From positions 38,706,467 through 38,756,674 of the forward strand of contig NC_068994.1 of NCBI RefSeq assembly GCF_001194135.2: DNA of 50,208 nt. The letters are read 5' to 3'. The number at the start of each line of letters is the position of its first letter. Within the stretch, counting starts at the first letter, position 1. Made by a program: the position numbers and the translations under genes. The notes beneath the pieces were generated by a model, which was not told the DNA's origin, ran no database searches, and was given only the letters and a program-made list of their open reading frames with translations. Of the stretch, positions 36,000-48,491 are shown piece after piece. Origin of the DNA: Octopus bimaculoides (taxonomy: Eukaryota).

Positions 36000-36300
36000 T
36001 TATCATCATTATCTTTAACGTCTATCTTCCATGCATGTATGGGTAGGATGGTTGACAGGAGCCAGCCAGGTAGAAGACTACCCCAGGTTACTGAGTTCTT
36101 TTTACATGGCACCAGCACAGGCAAGGTCAGTTTTGGCATGATTTTCACAACTAGGTGCCCTTCCAAATGCCAACCATTTTACAGCATGGACTGGATGCTT
36201 TTTATGTGACACCAGCACCAGCAGGGTCACCAAGTAGCTTGGAAGACAAGGAATTTTGAGAGGGGTGAGGGCATTGGAGGAAGTGATCTTGTGTCAGATG
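36000..36300 (-). mobile_element. Family D variant with duplicated internal block, inverted
   Basis: TTTAACGTCTATCTTCCATGC... and two blocks starting TTTT(T)ACATGGCACCAGCAC and TTTTATGTGACACCAGCAC about 100 bp apart. Confidence 0.7.
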
Positions 36301-37268
36301 ATGAAAGGTTAGAGTGTGACAGAGAAACAGAGAAGCAGAAATAAGTGTCTTCTTATAGAGGAGGTACATGGTTACCTGGCTAGAGAGAGAAAGAGAGAAA
36401 GAGAGAATAGAGAGAGAGAAGAGAAAGAGAAGGAGAGGATGAGAGAGAGAGAGAGGTGCAAGAAAGAGGACAAAAACAGTTGTGATCATGTAAAGAAGAT
36501 ACTTGGTTACCTAGCCAGAAGAAAAAGTATACATACATAACATACATACGTACATGTGTGTGTGGTTTTTATACCTACATACATACATACATACATACAT
36601 ACATACATACATACATACACATAGAAGCATGACAGAGTTTAGTAGTTTAACATAATTTCCATGAAATGTCACTCGCAGTGTATTGGTTAATCCTCGGCTG
36701 CAGTAGAAGGCACTTGTCCAAAATGCAGCAGAATAATGGGATCAAACCCCAAAAACTTACAACTTGCAAAGCTAACTTTATAACCATGTATTTCTGCTGC
36801 TTCTTTAATTCATATAATATTAACTTTGTATTATAGCTTTTTGCTTATGTTTAATGCCAATGACATTAAAACAAAGAGTTAGAACACAGTTATGTTGCAG
36901 CCATTATATTATCTTGATACCACAAGCTGTGACATAGAAATTTCTTTTATAGCAATCTACTTTTTGATTAAAGAAATCAAATCAAATCAAATCAAAAATG
37001 AACTGTTAAAAATAATTGCTACCCTAATTGAGATTTGATTAAAGTTTCATGCAGAATGTGGAGAGTTGGTGGTGGTGGTGGGGAGTCAACTGAATGGCAA
37101 CAAAAATATTTCCTTTTTATTTTGAAACTGATTAAGGATTGTTGTTGCTTAGCCCCAGGTCAACCCTGATCAAAGAAACCTATGATCAATGGTATTCTAT
37201 CTATTACCATGTTTTATGTTTTTTTTTTTATGAGAATTTCTATAACAATTATCTGTGTTTGTGTCTGG

Positions 37269-37975
37269 GTGCAGGCATGGGTGTGTGGTTAGAAATTTTC
37301 TTCCCAACCACATGGTCCCAGGTTCAATCCCATTGCATGGCACCTTGGGTAAGTGTCTTCTACTATAGTCTTGAGCCAACCAAAACCTTCTGAGTGGATT
37401 TGGTAGAGAGAAGCTAAAAGGTGGCGAGCTGGCAGAAACGTTAGCGTGCCGGGTGAAATGCTTGGCAGTATTTCGTCTGCCGCTACGTTCTAAGTTCAAA
37501 TTCCGCCGAGGTCAACTTTACCTTTCATCCTTTCGGGGTCGATTAAATAAGTACCAGTTACACACTGGGGTCGATATAATCGACTTAATCCGTTTGTCTG
37601 TCCTTGTTTGTCCCCTCTGTGTGTAGCCCCTTGTGGGCAGTAAAGAAATAAGAGAATAGCTAAAAGAAATCCATTGCATATAAATATGTGAAGGTATATG
37701 TGTATGTGTATGTGTATGTACTTCTGTGTTTGTGTCTCCTTGTCTTGACTTCTCATCAGAGTTGTAAATGAGTGTCGCAATCATACAAGTAGTGTCAATC
37801 AGTTTCAATACTCTGCAATACTCCATGTCTGGCCATGGAGAAATATTACTTTTGCTTGGAAACAGGTGAAGGTTGGCAACAGGAAGAGTATCCAGTCATT
37901 CAAAAACTGCTCAAACAAATTCCATCTGACACATGCAAACATGGAAAATTGGAAATTAAATGATGTTGATGGTCG
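37269..37975 (+). mobile_element. Family B SINE interrupted by a nested family C SINE
   Basis: Head 37269-37420, resuming after 37657 with AAGAAATCCATTG, a (GT)-like tract and a tail with TTGGCAACAGGAAGAGTATCCAG ending in ATTAAATGATG. Confidence 0.8.
37421..37657 (+). mobile_element. Young family C SINE nested in a family B SINE
   Basis: GGCGAGCTGGCAGAAACGTTAGC...GTTCAAATTCCGCCGAGGTCAACTTTACCTTTCATCCTTTCGGGGTCGATTAAATAAGTACCAG with CpGs retained. Flanked by AGCTAAAAG at 37412-20 and 37658-66. Confidence 0.88.
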
Positions 37976-38294
37976 TGATAATGACAATGATTTCTAACAG
38001 GTTGAATGATCACATTGTTCTTGATCAGAGTTTTTAGCTCATATATCCAAAAATGTCACTGAGAAAGGCATGAACATCACAGTTTCTTAAATATTCACTC
38101 CATTCAAAAACCCGTTTTGGTTGTCTTGTGGTACAGAGTCTCATAATCCACTGGTTCATAGGATACCAAAATCTGTTATGTGGATTGGGTGAACACTTTC
38201 TTCTCCGAGCTATAAAATAGGAGAAAAAGTTATGTTTGTCACTGAAAATAATTGACCACTCATCCATTTTTGACTGCTACTACTATCTACAGCA

Positions 38295-38597
38295 TTTTTG
38301 TGCTGGTCCCATGTGAAAGACGACCAGACCACTCTGTAAAGTGGTTGGCATTGGAAGGACATCCAGTGGCAAAAACCCAGTAGAAAGAGACCTCACCAGT
38401 GCTGGTGCCATGTGAAAAGCACTCAGTCCTCTCTGTAAGGTGGTTGGTGTTAGGAAGGCTATCCAGCCATAAAAAACATGCCAAAACAGACAGTGAAGCT
38501 GAACGCAGTTTTTTGGCTTACCAGCTTCTATCAGGCTGCCCAACCCATTCCAGCATGGAAAACAGATGTTAAGTGATGATGATGATGATGATGAAGA
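38295..38597 (+). mobile_element. Family D variant with duplicated internal block, (GAT)n tail
   Basis: GCTGGT.CCATGTGAAA..CTCTGTAA.GTGGTTGG..TT.GGAAGG..ATCCAG occurs twice (about 38302 and 38401), ending CCAACCCATTCCAGCATGGAAAACAGATGTTAAGTGATGATG. Confidence 0.75.
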
Positions 38598-40521
38598 TGT
38601 AGTAGTTGTCTATAGCAAGGAGATAAAGACCATTTGAGAATTATCTGGACATCTAAAATGACTGCATACAAATAGCCCACCCTTCCACAAGGGCTCCAAC
38701 CTTTTAGCTCTCTTCATACATTTACAAGAAACCAATAATGTATATGTAAACTACTTTGGAGTAAACTGAAAAGAATGCTCAAGTAATTATCTAAAAACTC
38801 CAAAGAGGAATTTTTTAGGTTGGTGATTAGATTCTTTACTAAGAAGCTAATTTTTGGCAATGTGTGTGTCTATCAAAACTAGTAGGTGTCTCAAAACTGC
38901 ATTTTTATTCTTTCTCACTACATTTCCCATCATGAAAACATGAAATTTTTTCTTATTATTCATTTGATAATATTATATATAAAACCTGATATTAATTCAG
39001 AACTACTAAACAATCTATTATTTTTAGAATACATTTTTTTTGTTCATCTCCCCATGGTATACATGAAAGCATGTTCAAACCCGATTACATTGTTCTACAT
39101 ATCTGCAATAAATTTAGTTGAAATTTCTCTCTTTCAACCACGTAACTCATCTGTTGATGTTAAAACAACCTTATTTCACTAATAGCACAGCTTGATGATT
39201 TTTCACTATTTCATCTGCTGCTATTATTTAGCATTAACTATATTTGACAACAAAAATTTCTCTCCTCTTTTTCATTTCATTCATTCATTAAGTAATGGCT
39301 CATTGTGCCAGCACCTTTGTATTGCATGTATTGCACGAAAAGTCACTTCAAGTAACCCTCCATGTCAATAATGTAAAATGTGATGGGAAGAGAAGAAAAG
39401 AGAGGAAAGAAAGAAAGGAACAAAAAAGAAACTCTGTTTATCATTCTTGAACACTTTTCTTGAAACATGCCTCTGATAAATAAATCAGAGATTTTTAGTG
39501 AATGGAAAAAGCTGAAGTTTGTTGTCTCCAAAACTGTTAGCGTAAGATTTCTTTTTAATTTCTTAATGGTGTTTGCTTGCTATCTTATGTATGCACTCAA
39601 ATATACCTCATTGTCCATTCTTTATAAATAAGGAATGGTGTTGGCCAGTTTAACTTGCCTTTAAATGTAATTCTCTTTGGAATGTTGCACCATTGATTGG
39701 TTACAAAGGTAATAGGGGTACAGCCTGGAGACATGTATCTTATTATAAAGAAATAAGGAAGTAGACAGTTTTTAAGACATCATGTTTTAGCAAATATTCT
39801 AATAAACAATGACTTTCATTGACCTCTTTCCTTTGTATCATTGCTTTATTTTTAAAAAAAATCACTTTAAATCAATGCAGAGTACATATACACTTCATAC
39901 TATATCTGTCACTGTTGTTTAGCCCCAGGTCAGCCCTGGTTGAGCAGACCTATAATCTAAAGAGTTCCAGCCATGACTACTCCAACTTTTTTCCAGGCCT
40001 CATATACCAAAGACTACATTGTCTAATATAGTCTTAAATAAATGTCTTCCTAAAGAAAGTAAGGAATAAGAATTGTCAACCACTTGAAAAATAGGCTACG
40101 TGTGCGTGATTTGAAGGAGATTGTTGTCTGCTATTTCTTGCAGGCAGAGTAACTATGCTGAGCAGTGGTTTCCAAAGTTTCTGTGACCTTGTCACCATAT
40201 CTCCATATGGTTAAAGTACACCACAACCTTGTTTTACCTCCAACAGAGAAAATATAAACTTGAACAGTAGCCTTCTCAAACTAATATTTAAGGCATGCTA
40301 AGGTATCATGAAACTCTAGAGGAAACCACAGATGTAGAAGCTTTCTCGTTTTACAGTTAAGAATGGTGGGAAACAATTATGAAATGACTTTTCATTATTT
40401 TGAGAATGTATTTGATTCAGGATATTTGTCAAATGTGTTGAGTTTGAAGATATCATTATATGATTATGGTATCTTGACTAATAATAATTCCCAATCATCT
40501 AATTCAGAGATATGTTAATGA

Positions 40522-40681
40522 GTGCAGGCATAGCTGTGTGTAACTTTGCTACAATATTGATCCAAGTTCAAATCTACTATATGGCATTTTGAGCAAATTA
40601 CCTCTACAATAATCTCATGTAGACCAATGACGCCTGAGCGGAAATTGGTAGACAGAAACTATGCAGAGGCCTGTCATATAT

Positions 40682-40751
<70 letters not shown>

Positions 40752-40810
40752 ATAAACATAACTACACACACTTTGCTTTTCATTCTTTCAGAGTTGATGA
40801 AAAAAGTACC
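40522..40810 (+). mobile_element. Decayed family B SINE with (TG)n and C-like core
   Basis: GCAGGCATAGCTGTGTG..GGTAGACAGAAACTATGCAGAGGCCTG, (TG)n, then CTTTGCTTTTCATTCTTTCAGAGTTGATGAAAAAAGTACC. Confidence 0.6.
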
Positions 40811-41584
40811 ATTTGAGCATGTGTGTGTGCATGTGCTTGCATGCATGCATATGTGTGTGTATGTGTGTGTGCACGCATGTGCGTGTGCTTTGTTAGAGCA
40901 TTAAATAAAATGCCTTATGATATTTGTTCGAACTCTGTGTTCTCATCTTTTTGGGGATCCATTTGGATCCATTGGATAAAATAAAATTGGGTACAATGGA
41001 TTTGTGGAACTGTAAGAGCATCAGATTTGAAGTATTTCTTCCACTTCATTCATTGTGTTTTGAGTTCAAATCCTGCCATGGTCAATTTGGATTGTGTAAT
41101 TAATCCAATATCCTAGATTAAACCCAACACCTGGCACTTTTGAGCCCTTTAGAAGAGTCTACTCTGTTGCAAGCATTCAGGTCTGATATCAGATTTGAAA
41201 ATACCATAATCTTTCCTTCCTAGCTGTCTAAAATGCTCAAATGGTGCTTATTTCATCAACCCTGAAAATATGAAAAGCAAAGTTGACCTCGGCGGAATTT
41301 GAACTCAGAACATAGTGTTAGTATATGTGTGTGTATGTAAAAGGGAGGTATGTGAATGTGTGTGTGTGTGTGTGTGTGTGTGTATGCAATGGAAGTGTGA
41401 CAATGAATATTCAAAACTGAAAAGAAAAATCAAACAGCGTTTCAACTCTGTGGGAGTATATGTGTGTATGTGAGTGTGTATACAAGGGAAGTATGTGAAT
41501 GTTTGTATCTGTGATTATTATGTACCTTATTTTGTACCTTATTTATATATAAAATACTACACTTAGCCATCATTTTTGACTGCA

Positions 41585-41797
41585 TGGGGCCAGCTAGTAA
41601 TGATAATAATTTTAAAACAAGGCCAGTAATTTTCAGTAGGGTGGGAAGCTGAGTACATTGAGCCCAGTACTTAACTGGTATTTATTTTATTGACCCTAAA
41701 ATGATTAAAGGCAAAGTCAACTTCTGTAGAAATTGAACTCAGAATGTAAAGTGCCTGAAGAAATGCTACAATGCATCTAGGATTCTGCCAGCTCACT
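41585..41797 (-). mobile_element. Family C SINE, inverted
   Basis: AACTGGTATTTATTTTATTGACCC..AAAGGCAAAGTCAAC..ATTGAACTCAGAATGTAAAG..GAAATGCTA..GATTCTGCCAGCTCAC. Confidence 0.78.
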
Positions 41798-41848
41798 GTG
41801 TTTATAATGATGATGGCGATGACGATGATGATGATGATGATGGTGATA

Positions 41849-41879
<31 letters not shown>

Positions 41880-41888
41880 CGATGATGG

Positions 41889-41935
<47 letters not shown>

Positions 41936-43178
41936 GTGATGGTGCTGACAACAACGACAATGACGGTAACTATGATGACGATGACAATGATAAATAATAT
42001 ATACAAGCAATATGTGTGTTTTTTTGTGGCAAAATGACCCTCCCAAGCATTTCACATCAAGAATCTTGTAGAAACAAATACAAAAACAAAATCTATTCAA
42101 ATACTGCAAAGAAGCATAATATTAAAAATATAATAATGCAGCATGTAAAATAAAATATAAAATTCACTACTTAATACTAAAATACAACTATGAAATGTGA
42201 TATAATCAGACGTCCATAGTTTTAATCCATGTAATCAATCTTCACTATCAACAAACATTACAAGAAATCCTCAAATTTATGCAGAAAAAAAGTAAAATTT
42301 TTCATGAGGAAATGTCTCATTATCCTTATTATTGTTTTTTCATCCATTTTTCAAGCATGCAATATGTTAGATTATCGTTTTTTTTTTTTTTTCCCAGTGA
42401 TTTCCTCTTTTCCCCATTTTCTACTGCATGAAGGAAATGACTAAGGTTTAGTTTGATGAAGTGAAGTGATCATACACTCTGTTCAACTCATATCAGAATA
42501 GAAAAACAAAATTTAGAAAAAACGTCTTTAATGATGATAATAAGCAGTTTCCTAAAAGATCATGTATTTTTGTATTTTATGTAATTCTTTTTACTGTAAC
42601 ATCGAAGAATAATATTCATGCTCTGTGTTTTTATGAGATTTATGTAAAAGAAAACCCTGTACATGTTGGTCACAAATTATTTATTGCCTTTTAAGCAAGT
42701 TATATATTATTCAAGATTTATTTTTATGACTACAAATTTAAACTCTATTAGAGATTTGAGAAATCCCACTTGAAAATGTGATTTAAGCAAATATGGAAAA
42801 TACTGCCTAAAATATCAACTTTTATTTTTACATTATATTGAAACATATTCATAGAAATATAACTGATATTTAAGAGGATTATTAATGTAAGAAATGTAAT
42901 AGTATGATGTTAATACAATGATATTGCATGCATTACATATAACATTATATAGTACACAGAAAAAAAAAAAAGTAATTTCAACAACGTGTGTGTAAGTTTA
43001 ACTAAAATATATAATTTTTTCTACTTAAATATCCCCGATGTAACCATCTCCTCTTATCACTTTAATATGTCTTAATGTGTCTTAGATAGGAAATGTTAGA
43101 GAGAGCACCCTGCCTCTACACTTCTTACTCAGAATTGCATCACTCTGAAACACCATTACTTGACAATATTTTAATCTC

Positions 43179-43417
43179 TGACAACAAATCTACAAGAATT
43201 CAGATGGAATATTAACTTCTTGCTTATTATATTTTCCTATATGATTATAAACCTGTATGAATTTAAGCAAAGTGTTAACTCTTTTTGTCTATTACTTGTT
43301 TATATTTTTCTGATTATAAACTTACAAGAATTGTAACAGGAGAGTATCTTTTTACTTGTCTATTGCTTGTCTATATTTTTCTATCTGACTATAAACCTGC
43401 AAGAATTCAAATGAGAG
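43179..43417 (+). repeat. Degenerate minisatellite, about 3.5 copies of a 63-75 bp unit
   Basis: Units start at 43179, 43242, 43311 and 43386 with TGA(C/T)TATAAAC(C/T)T(A/G)CAAGAATT and end in CTATT.CTTGT.TATATTTTTC. Confidence 0.7.
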
Positions 43418-43900
43418 AATAAAGAAAGCCTTTTCTATGGAATATCTTATTCTGTCATATCTTCATGAAAAAAAAAAAAAGGACAAATCTTAAGAAATGA
43501 GATGGACATTGGGTCACTGAACTGAAAGCTGTGACAAGATCATTAAAAACTGTGTATAGAGAATGACATTAGTTTGAATAAATTTTCTGGATCTAGCTTA
43601 AGACAAAGATCATATTGGTTATACCATTATCAGATTTAATGTCACAATGGCTTAACAGTAGTGTCCATTTAACAGTGGTAATCAGTTGAATATTTTTTGT
43701 AAGATTTTCTCCAGCAATGGTGAGAGGGCTAATAACATGGTAGTGTCAACACGTGTATTCTCCATTTTAAATATCAATATAACAACACTATCTTTCAAAT
43801 CTACCAATATATTGCCTTGTGACCAAACATGGAGGATGAGGTCATAACTCTTAGCTTGACTGTAGTTCTACTCCAGTTTCATAAATGGTCTGCCTCTTCA

Positions 43901-44205
43901 TTGGTTACAACAACAAGTGTTTCACTTGATACAATCAACCAAAGAGCCTGCTTCTGAAAATTAGCATGCAATAGGCTGAGCATTCCACAAATATGTATAC
44001 ACTTAACGTAGTTCTCAGATAGATTCATTGTGACACAGAAAATGTGACAAGGCTGACCCTTTGAATTACAGGTTCAACTTATTTTTGCTAGCTGAGTGGA
44101 CTGGAGCAATAAGAAATAAGGTGTCTTGTCAAGGACACAGGAACTGAAATTAGGACCTTATGACTGGAAGCCAAATACCCTAACCACTAAGCCATGTGCC
44201 TTCAC
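43901..44205 (-). mobile_element. SINE, same type as 8565-8886, inverted
   Basis: The reverse complement begins GTGAAGGCACATGGCTTAGTGGTTAGGG and contains CTCCAGTCCACTCAGCT, ACCTGTAATTCAAAGGGTCAGCCTTGTCAC and GGAATGCTCAGCC. Confidence 0.8.
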
Positions 44206-44554
44206 AGTTCCATGAATTCATCCAGAGATAAAACATCTGGTAAGGATTTACAACCAAACCTATCAAAATATGTATACATATGAATATCAAAACATTATTC
44301 ATCTATAAAGATAAAGGTCTTAGCCCTGAAAAATTATGATTGTGTGTATGTGTGTGCGTGCATAAACATACACAGAACACACACATATATACACAACTCT
44401 GCAATATATATACTCATGAAACTAATTTTTGTTGTAAATAATCGCAGGAGAATGGCTGTAGCAATGGCTGTAGCAGTCAATAAAGGGTGAAACTGCTACT
44501 AATCTCAGTTGTTAGCCATTTTAAATGAATATTAAAGGGACTTTTAAATCACCT

Positions 44555-44670
<116 letters not shown>

Positions 44671-45087
44671 TGTATGTATGTATACATGTGTGTGTGTGTT
44701 TTTCAGCAGTTAGAATTATTACAGTCCAGATATTGATTTGTTCCTAGTATATAGGGAGCCTTAGATATGGAATCTAATGGATAGTGCTGTTGCTGTTATT
44801 GTTACAATTAAAGTTCATCATCAACCTTTTTTAATTCAAGACCTATAGAAAATATATGAGGAAGGAGGAAGTTTAAAGGGCTGACATTCTGAGAAGGAAG
44901 GACTGAGTATACTGATTATTGCAGAGCCTGAGGTGTGATGTGGGTGGGATTTGCTATTGCTGGACCCCAAAAGTGTAATGAGAATAAAAGAAAAGAGTTG
45001 GGGTGGAATGCTTGAACCCAGCCGGAGCCTAGGAGCAGAGGACATTATACAAGTGGTAATAACAAGAGATAGGAGACAGAGCACCTA

Positions 45088-45205
45088 CAGGCCAGAGGTT
45101 AGAGGTGAGCCAAAGGCAGGAGGTGGGCCAGAGGTTGGCCAGAGGTGGACCAGAGGTGGGCTAGAGGTGGGCCAAAGGCTGGAGGTGGGTCAGAGGCTGG
45201 AGAGT
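45088..45205 (+). repeat. G-rich short tandem repeat (about 11-bp unit CCAGAGGTGGG-like)
   Basis: CCAGAGGTT, GCCAAAGGCAGGAGGTGGG, CCAGAGGTTGG, CCAGAGGTGGA, CTAGAGGTGGG, CCAAAGGCTGGAGGTGGG and TCAGAGGCTGGAG. Confidence 0.75.
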
Positions 45206-45536
45206 CTGTAAGTGAATTTATGCCAATGAATTAGATTGCCCTATTCTGAATGCAGTTTAGGATGTTGCCAAGTGTCGCAGACACAAGGTCTCCTTCAGGT
45301 ATAAGCCAGACATGAGTTTGGTTGAGTATCAATAATTATTGGAGGATTATGTATCTTTTGATTCTGATGAGAAAGGCTAATCATTTAGATGGTGATTTAG
45401 CTATGTTAAACATGTGCATGCGCTGATATAGATTCTCAGAAATAATGTGATCTGGTGTAAGATAAAATATGGAGTCTCAGAAAACAAATACAAAAAAATA
45501 TATATATGTATGTATGCATATATGTGTATATATATG

Positions 45537-45578
<42 letters not shown>

Positions 45579-46423
45579 NNNNNNNNNNNNNNNNNNNNNN
45601 NNNNNNNNNNNNNNNNNNNNNNNNNNNNNNNNNNNNNNNNNNNNNNNNNNNNNNNNNNNNNNNNNNNNNNNNNNNNNNNNNNNNNNNNNNNNNNNNNNNN
45701 NNNNNNNNNNNNNNNNNNNNNNNNNNNNNNNNNNNNNNNNNNNNNNNNNNNNNNNNNNNNNNNNNNNNNNNNNNNNNNNNNNNNNNNNNNNNNNNNNNNN
45801 NNNNNNNNNNNNNNNNNNNNNNNNNNNNNNNNNNNNNNNNNNNNNNNNNNNNNNNNNNNNNNNNNNNNNNNNNNNNNNNNNNNNNNNNNNNNNNNNNNNN
45901 NNNNNNNNNNNNNNNNNNNNNNNNNNNNNNNNNNNNNNNNNNNNNNNNNNNNNNNNNNNNNNNNNNNNNNNNNNNNNNNNNNNNNNNNNNNNNNNNNNNN
46001 NNNNNNNNNNNNNNNNNNNNNNNNNNNNNNNNNNNNNNNNNNNNNNNNNNNNNNNNNNNNNNNNNNNNNNNNNNNNNNNNNNNNNNNNNNNNNNNNNNNN
46101 NNNNNNNNNNNNNNNNNNNNNNNNNNNNNNNNNNNNNNNNNNNNNNNNNNNNNNNNNNNNNNNNNNNNNNNNNNNNNNNNNNNNNNNNNNNNNNNNNNNN
46201 NNNNNNNNNNNNNNNNNNNNNNNNNNNNNNNNNNNNNNNNNNNNNNNNNNNNNNNNNNNNNNNNNNNNNNNNNNNNNNNNNNNNNNNNNNNNNNNNNNNN
46301 NNNNNNNNNNNNNNNNNNNNNNNNNNNNNNNNNNNNNNNNNNNNNNNNNNNNNNNNNNNNNNNNNNNNNNNNNNNNNNNNNNNNNNNNNNNNNNNNNNNN
46401 NNNNNNNNNNNNNNNNNNNNNNN

Positions 46424-46456
<33 letters not shown>

Positions 46457-47059
46457 TATACATACATATATATTTGTTTGAAGCTGATAATTCGTGCCAT
46501 CTCTACTCAAAGTTCTTGCTGTCTGTGAACCTGCAGGCAACAATAAGATAAATACACACTCTCTATCTTTCTCCCTCAAACACACACACACACTTTTATG
46601 TACATGAATGTGTGTATGTGTGTGTGTGTGTGTGTGTGTCTGTGTGTGAGTGTATGTATGCATTTATGTAAACATATCTATATTCATTTATATACTTACA
46701 TACACAGAAGATTTTACAAATGTAATATTTCACTGCAATTTCATGTGTCTTCACTGACTATATATATTTGTGAAGATGTTGCTTTGTCTCTAATAACCAC
46801 AAAATTTATTGATGTAATGGTAGTCATGTTCAATACTTAATACGGTGATGACATTAGATATATACCTCTTGTACTGCTATCTCAAAGGAAATGCAAGATC
46901 TATAAGCAGTTTGGAACCCACCCCCTCAGGGTTTGAAAGATGTAAGATGTAAGCAACCAATTGAGGTAAGTTTCAGGTGATCAATACTTGTTTCAAATCT
47001 TTGAAGGTCAAGTATTGATGGGAAAACATCTCGAGGGAGATTATTTCTCTCTCTTTCGG

Positions 47060-47141
<82 letters not shown>

Positions 47142-47180
47142 CTCTCTCTCTCTCTATATATATATATACACACACAAACA

Positions 47181-47214
<34 letters not shown>

Positions 47215-47534
47215 NNNNNNNNNNNNNNNNNNNNNNNNNNNNNNNNNNNNNNNNNNNNNNNNNNNNNNNNNNNNNNNNNNNNNNNNNNNNNNNNNNNNNN
47301 NNNNNNNNNNNNNNNNNNNNNNNNNNNNNNNNNNNNNNNNNNNNNNNNNNNNNNNNNNNNNNNNNNNNNNNNNNNNNNNNNNNNNNNNNNNNNNNNNNNN
47401 NNNNNNNNNNNNNNNNNNNNNNNNNNNNNNNNNNNNNNNNNNNNNNNNNNNNNNNNNNNNNNNNNNNNNNNNNNNNNNNNNNNNNNNNNNNNNNNNNNNN
47501 NNNNNNNNNNNNNNNNNNNNNNNNNNNNNNNNNN

Positions 47535-47572
<38 letters not shown>

Positions 47573-48186
47573 TATATGTGTGTGCGATCATGTGAGTATA
47601 TGAGTGTGTGTACGTATTGTCTCTTTAAGTGCTGAAGGAGAAAGAAATTGCATAGATATTTAAACTACACATACAAGCATTACAAAACATGGTGAGTATT
47701 ATAGCTTAGCCTGAGAGGAAGGAGATATTGTGATAAATTAAGAGAGGCCACTAAAGTGTAGGCCTAGAGAACAGAGATAGCTAGGCCAATGTACTGAGGC
47801 AGTTTTGTAGCATTAATCATTGATTTATGGAGAGACATTGAAGAAAAATTAAACCTCTTTATCTGAATGGAATTGCGATGCGTTTCTTTGCACTGAAGTC
47901 AACTTCTTAGACCTCGGTTAGACATTTAAATTACTGATAACTCTTTGGATAAAGTTAATCTTAGCTTGAACCTTGCATTTACTTGAAGGTTTCTTTTGCA
48001 TTTTATCTAGCTTTGCTTCATATTAAAAATTGTACTATCTTAAGAATCATACTGACATGATTACTCTAGAATACACACATGTGTATGTGTATACACACAC
48101 ACACACACATATGTGTACACTATAAATCTGTGTGTGTATACATATTATGATATCGATATATATATGCTGTTGTATGTGAATATATG

Positions 48187-48222
<36 letters not shown>

Positions 48223-48336
48223 TATAAAAATTTTATGCAGAGCTAAATTCATACACACATAAACACACTTAGAAGTATATAGATACATATGAGTATGTGT
48301 GTGTTAGTGTGTGTGCATATACATACATATGCACAT

Positions 48337-48435
<99 letters not shown>

Positions 48436-48458
48436 TGTGTGTGCATATNNNNNNNNNN

Positions 48459-48491
<33 letters not shown>

